From the human T2T-CHM13v2.0 reference genome, Homo sapiens: DNA of 64,000 nucleotides. Positions 60,658-64,000 of the stretch are shown here, piece after piece (the first letter of the stretch is position 1; each line of letters opens with the position of its first letter). The DNA lies in assembly GCF_009914755.1 (NCBI RefSeq), contig NC_060942.1, one strand, 5' to 3'. The notes beneath the pieces were generated by a model. That model had not been told where the DNA came from. It saw only the letters and a program-made list of their open reading frames with translations, and did not search any database. The position numbers and the translations under genes were made by a program.

Positions 60658-61860
60658 TGAGGAAATATAACTAACAACAAAATTTCCTCTCAACCTAAAA
60701 AACCTTTCCACAAAGTAAAGGAGAAAGAAAACAGTGTTATCATTGAATAAGCATTAAACCCTGAAGGTGAGGCACATCACAGGTAGCTCCTAAAGAAACT
60801 GCGGGCCGGGCACAGGGGCTCACGCCTGTAATCCCAGCACTTTGGGAAGCCGAGGCGGGCAGATCACAAGGTCAGGAGATCAAGACCATCCTGGCTAACA
60901 TGGTGAAACCCCGTCTCTACTAAAAATACAAAAAATTAGCCGGGCATGGTGGCGGGCACCTGTAGTCCCAGCTACTCGGGAGAATTGCTTGAACCTGGGA
61001 GGCAGAGCTTGCAGTGAGCCGAGAGCACACCACTGCACTCCAGCCTGGACAACAGTGCGAGACTCTGTCTAAAAAAAAAAAAGAGAGAGAGAGAAAAGAA
61101 ACCACAGGCTGGGCACAGTGGCTCATGCTTTTAATCCCAACAGTTTGGGAGGCCAAGGCGGGCGGATCACCTGAGGTCAGGAGTTCGAGACCAGTCTGAC
61201 CAGAGAAACCCCATCTCTACTAAAATTAAAAAACTTAGCTGGGCAGATGGCAGGTGCCTGTAATCCCAACTACTCAGGAGGCCGAGGCAGGAGAATCGCT
61301 TGAACCGGGAGGTGGAGTTTGCGGTGAACTGAGATCGCGCCATTGCACTCCAGCCTGGCAATAAGAGTGAAACTCCATCTCACAAAAGAAAAAAAAAAAG
61401 AAATTGCAAAGACAAAAAGTTCTTGCTTTTTATGCAGCCATTTAGAACATACCTGTTCACAAGATAAACTATAGCTTGTCCTCAAGTCAGAGGATTTGAC
61501 AGCACCGTTTGTCATACATAGCTCATCTTAAACTCACCTAGTAATTGAGGGGGCTATTGTGTTTGCTAATTGCCTTTATTCAAAGAAATAATAAAACTTC
61601 TTAGATCTCTCTGATAGGTAGCTAGTTATAATTTGGAGCGAGCACCCATGGAGATGGGAAGATAGGGAGGCTAGCTTCCTTGATGTTAACATTTCAAAAA
61701 GATAGCCCCAGGTCCTTCAGAAGGACATCCCTGGTTATAAAGCTGGCAAAGGAGATAGAGAAAGAAGTAACAACTGCAAGTTTTTTAAACTAAATACTCT
61801 AAGAAAAGAGAGATGAGAGATGGCAAGGGAAAGTTTTCCTTGTTTGCACTAGGGAAAATT
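60658..61860. mobile_element. ERV1-type LTR (MER67-like) containing two tandem sense Alus (60804-61094 and 61107-61396)
   Basis: LTR-like flanks continue across the Alu pair; the Alus are unambiguous, the host family is tentative. Confidence 0.6.
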
Positions 61861-61991
61861 CAGTTTTTTTCCCATTTAGATTTGTACTTACATTCTAGGG
61901 CTATGCCCTACGTGGCAAGCGGCTACCAATTGGACAGCACAAATCTAGAACATTTCTATCATTGTGTAAAGATTTGGGGGGAACTTCAGAG

Positions 61992-62709
61992 TGAAACCAC
62001 CTTTGCAAAAATTATAACAATGAGAAAATTACAACATGAAAGAGATCTGATCTAACCAACCCCTATCTTGCCTTTAACCTCCAAACTGCCTTTGGTCTTT
62101 CCTGGGCTTAGGCTAAGCTAACTTTGGGAGAAATTTAGGTTATAGTTTACATGAGAAGAACCTTTCCCTAAAACTAAAGCACCTTTATAAAACTAATGAA
62201 AGCCCACCAGGTTAGGAGGATGAAAGGGGCTTCTAGTCTGCTAAGGTGTAGGAGTAAACAATTACCATCCATTATTCGGGAAGTGACAAAATTTGCAACT
62301 TCCCCAATTACTCTGGCAGATAACATTATTATAATAGAAAATAAGACTGGCCTTTTGGGATGTCGTTTGCTACTTTTGCATTTTTGACGACTGGATACCC
62401 ACGACTCTTGGCTCAACTGCTCCTGTGGCCCCCATCCTGTAGCAGACTTGGTGCACTAGGACCGTTTTCCACACCCCTATGATTGCATCCCCAACCAATC
62501 AGCAGCATCCATTCCCCTATCCCCCTGCTGGCCAAACTATCCTTGAAAAACCCTCACCTCCGAATTTTCAGGGAGATTGATTTGATAACAATCTCCCACG
62601 TGGTATGGCCAGCCCATTTCAATTAAACTCTTTCTTTATTGTAATGTCATGGTCTCAGTGAATTGGTTTTGTCTGTGCAGTGGCAGGAAGAACCCATTGG
62701 GTGATTACA
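61992..62709 (+). mobile_element. LTR8-type ERV1 solo LTR
   Basis: TGAAACCACCTTTGCAAAATTATAAC...gagatctgatctaacc...CCAATC...ATTAAA...GGGTGATTACA. Confidence 0.8.
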
Positions 62710-64000
62710 ATGGTTCTGGAAATTACAATATGCGTCTTTAATTTATCACAGTCAACCTTCAGATATTCTACTATTTCACAAATGATATATGTGAACCTTG
62801 AGCTTGCACTTTGTGGATCTTGCTATGCCATTCAATCTCTGACTTTCTTTCTACCCTCGTGCTAATCAAGAAGCTTTCAGCATTGTCTCTGTCCCTCACA
62901 CCTTCCATCATACCCCTGCCCCACTTGCTATAATGCATTATTGGCATGATATGAAACATACAGTATCAAGTCCATCAGTGGATGGGAATGGACTCACATT
63001 GCTCCACAGATTACAAAAACCCACCTATCCAGATTGAAAAACCACGTGATGAGGAATGTGTGTCTCTGTTAAAAATCCAGATACGCCCTGGGCCGGGTAT
63101 TTTCCATTTGCCTCTTCATACTCACTCTCTGCTCTTCTTCACCCTGCTCTGAGACCCAGGAGCTTACCTTTTATGGATGTTTCAACGGGCACTGCTTGCT
63201 GCCTCTGGCTTTTAGATGGGCTTGGCCAGTGATGGCCTTGGCTAGAGATTGGTGAGAAAGAGAAAAATGAGATCAGGGCATCTCTCCCTCTACCTCCCTC
63301 TGTCATGCATCTCTCTATAGAGCAACTCCCTCTCTGAGTTCCTGGACCCACGCTCTCTCCTTGTTCCTTTAGGCCTATTAGTAGTGGTTGCTTCCTTCTC
63401 AATTATTATCAGACTTGAAACGGTCCCCCAGTGTTGACGAGGATTGCATGCTGAGTTCTGAACAGAAATATATTTGTAATTAAACATTAATCAGGCTGCA
63501 CTTTGGCCCACTTCGTTGTTGCTAAAAGTCAGGTAGCACCAGGTACTGACCATTTGCATTTCCATTGTTCCTATAGATAGGATCTCTGAAGTTAGGGTCA
63601 TAAAGCTGTTGAAGAATTGATTTGCATCCCGCATTGTTCCCCTGTGTACTGTCAGTGGGTATTGAGATAAATGAAGGCAGGAATGGGCCTTTTTGATGTT
63701 TGTCACCTCATACTTACTCCAGTATCAACCAACAAAAGAAATAGCTGGTGACTGAATGAACAGAGGGCCAGTCATAGGAAGAATGGTGAACTGTGGTGGG
63801 AGGAATTTACCTGTCTCAGAGGGTAAGGGTTTTTGGTACATTTAAGCAGGACAATTGCAAAAATCCAAACAAAATTTTCAGACTGGTTTTCTAAACCTGC
63901 ACATGATTCATTTAACTGACAACATTTAATCTGCTGCATCCCAAGCCCAAGTTAGTTCTCATTGTTAAGTCTGAATTGATGGATTCTCAATGGGTTTGAG

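Noticed and set aside
63161-63170. Strong minus-strand splice donor AAG|GTAAGC as an antisense lncRNA exon boundary
   Set aside because: A single motif without transcript evidence cannot support an exon call.

Overview
Human (or very close great-ape) genomic DNA containing the whole desmoglein-2 gene (DSG2) on the + strand. It has 15 coding exons from ATG 6779 to TAA 55268; all introns are GT-AG and the exon lengths sum to 3357 nt (1118 aa plus stop). A CpG-island promoter precedes it and a ~2.1-2.3 kb 3' UTR containing an Alu follows it. About 1.2 kb upstream of the ATG, in the same orientation, is a two-LTR class III endogenous retrovirus (1181-5557) with a 5-bp TSD (ATAGG), an 18-nt tRNA-Ser primer-binding site, and decayed gag, RT/RNase H, dUTPase and env remnants. 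Introns and the 3' flank are rich in Alu, L1, L2, MIR, MaLR, DNA-transposon and ERV1-LTR relics. I see no evidence of a new gene system, and nearly all non-DSG2 ORFs in the track are repeat or GC-rich artefacts. The most unusual sequence-level signals are: (i) a 37-nt copy of intron-1 CpG-island sequence found 3.7 kb downstream, with a fold-back hairpin and flanking AATAT duplication; (ii) the provirus carrying both dUTPase and env, with structurally discordant LTRs; (iii) a TSD-flanked 38-nt U2 snRNA retrocopy 47 nt upstream of exon 4; (iv) two tandem Alus sharing a triplicated target site; (v) apparent non-reference DSG2 alleles, including Lys773. Repeat subfamily names and reference alleles come from memory and need RepeatMasker/Dfam or alignment confirmation; boundaries of old repeats are approximate.
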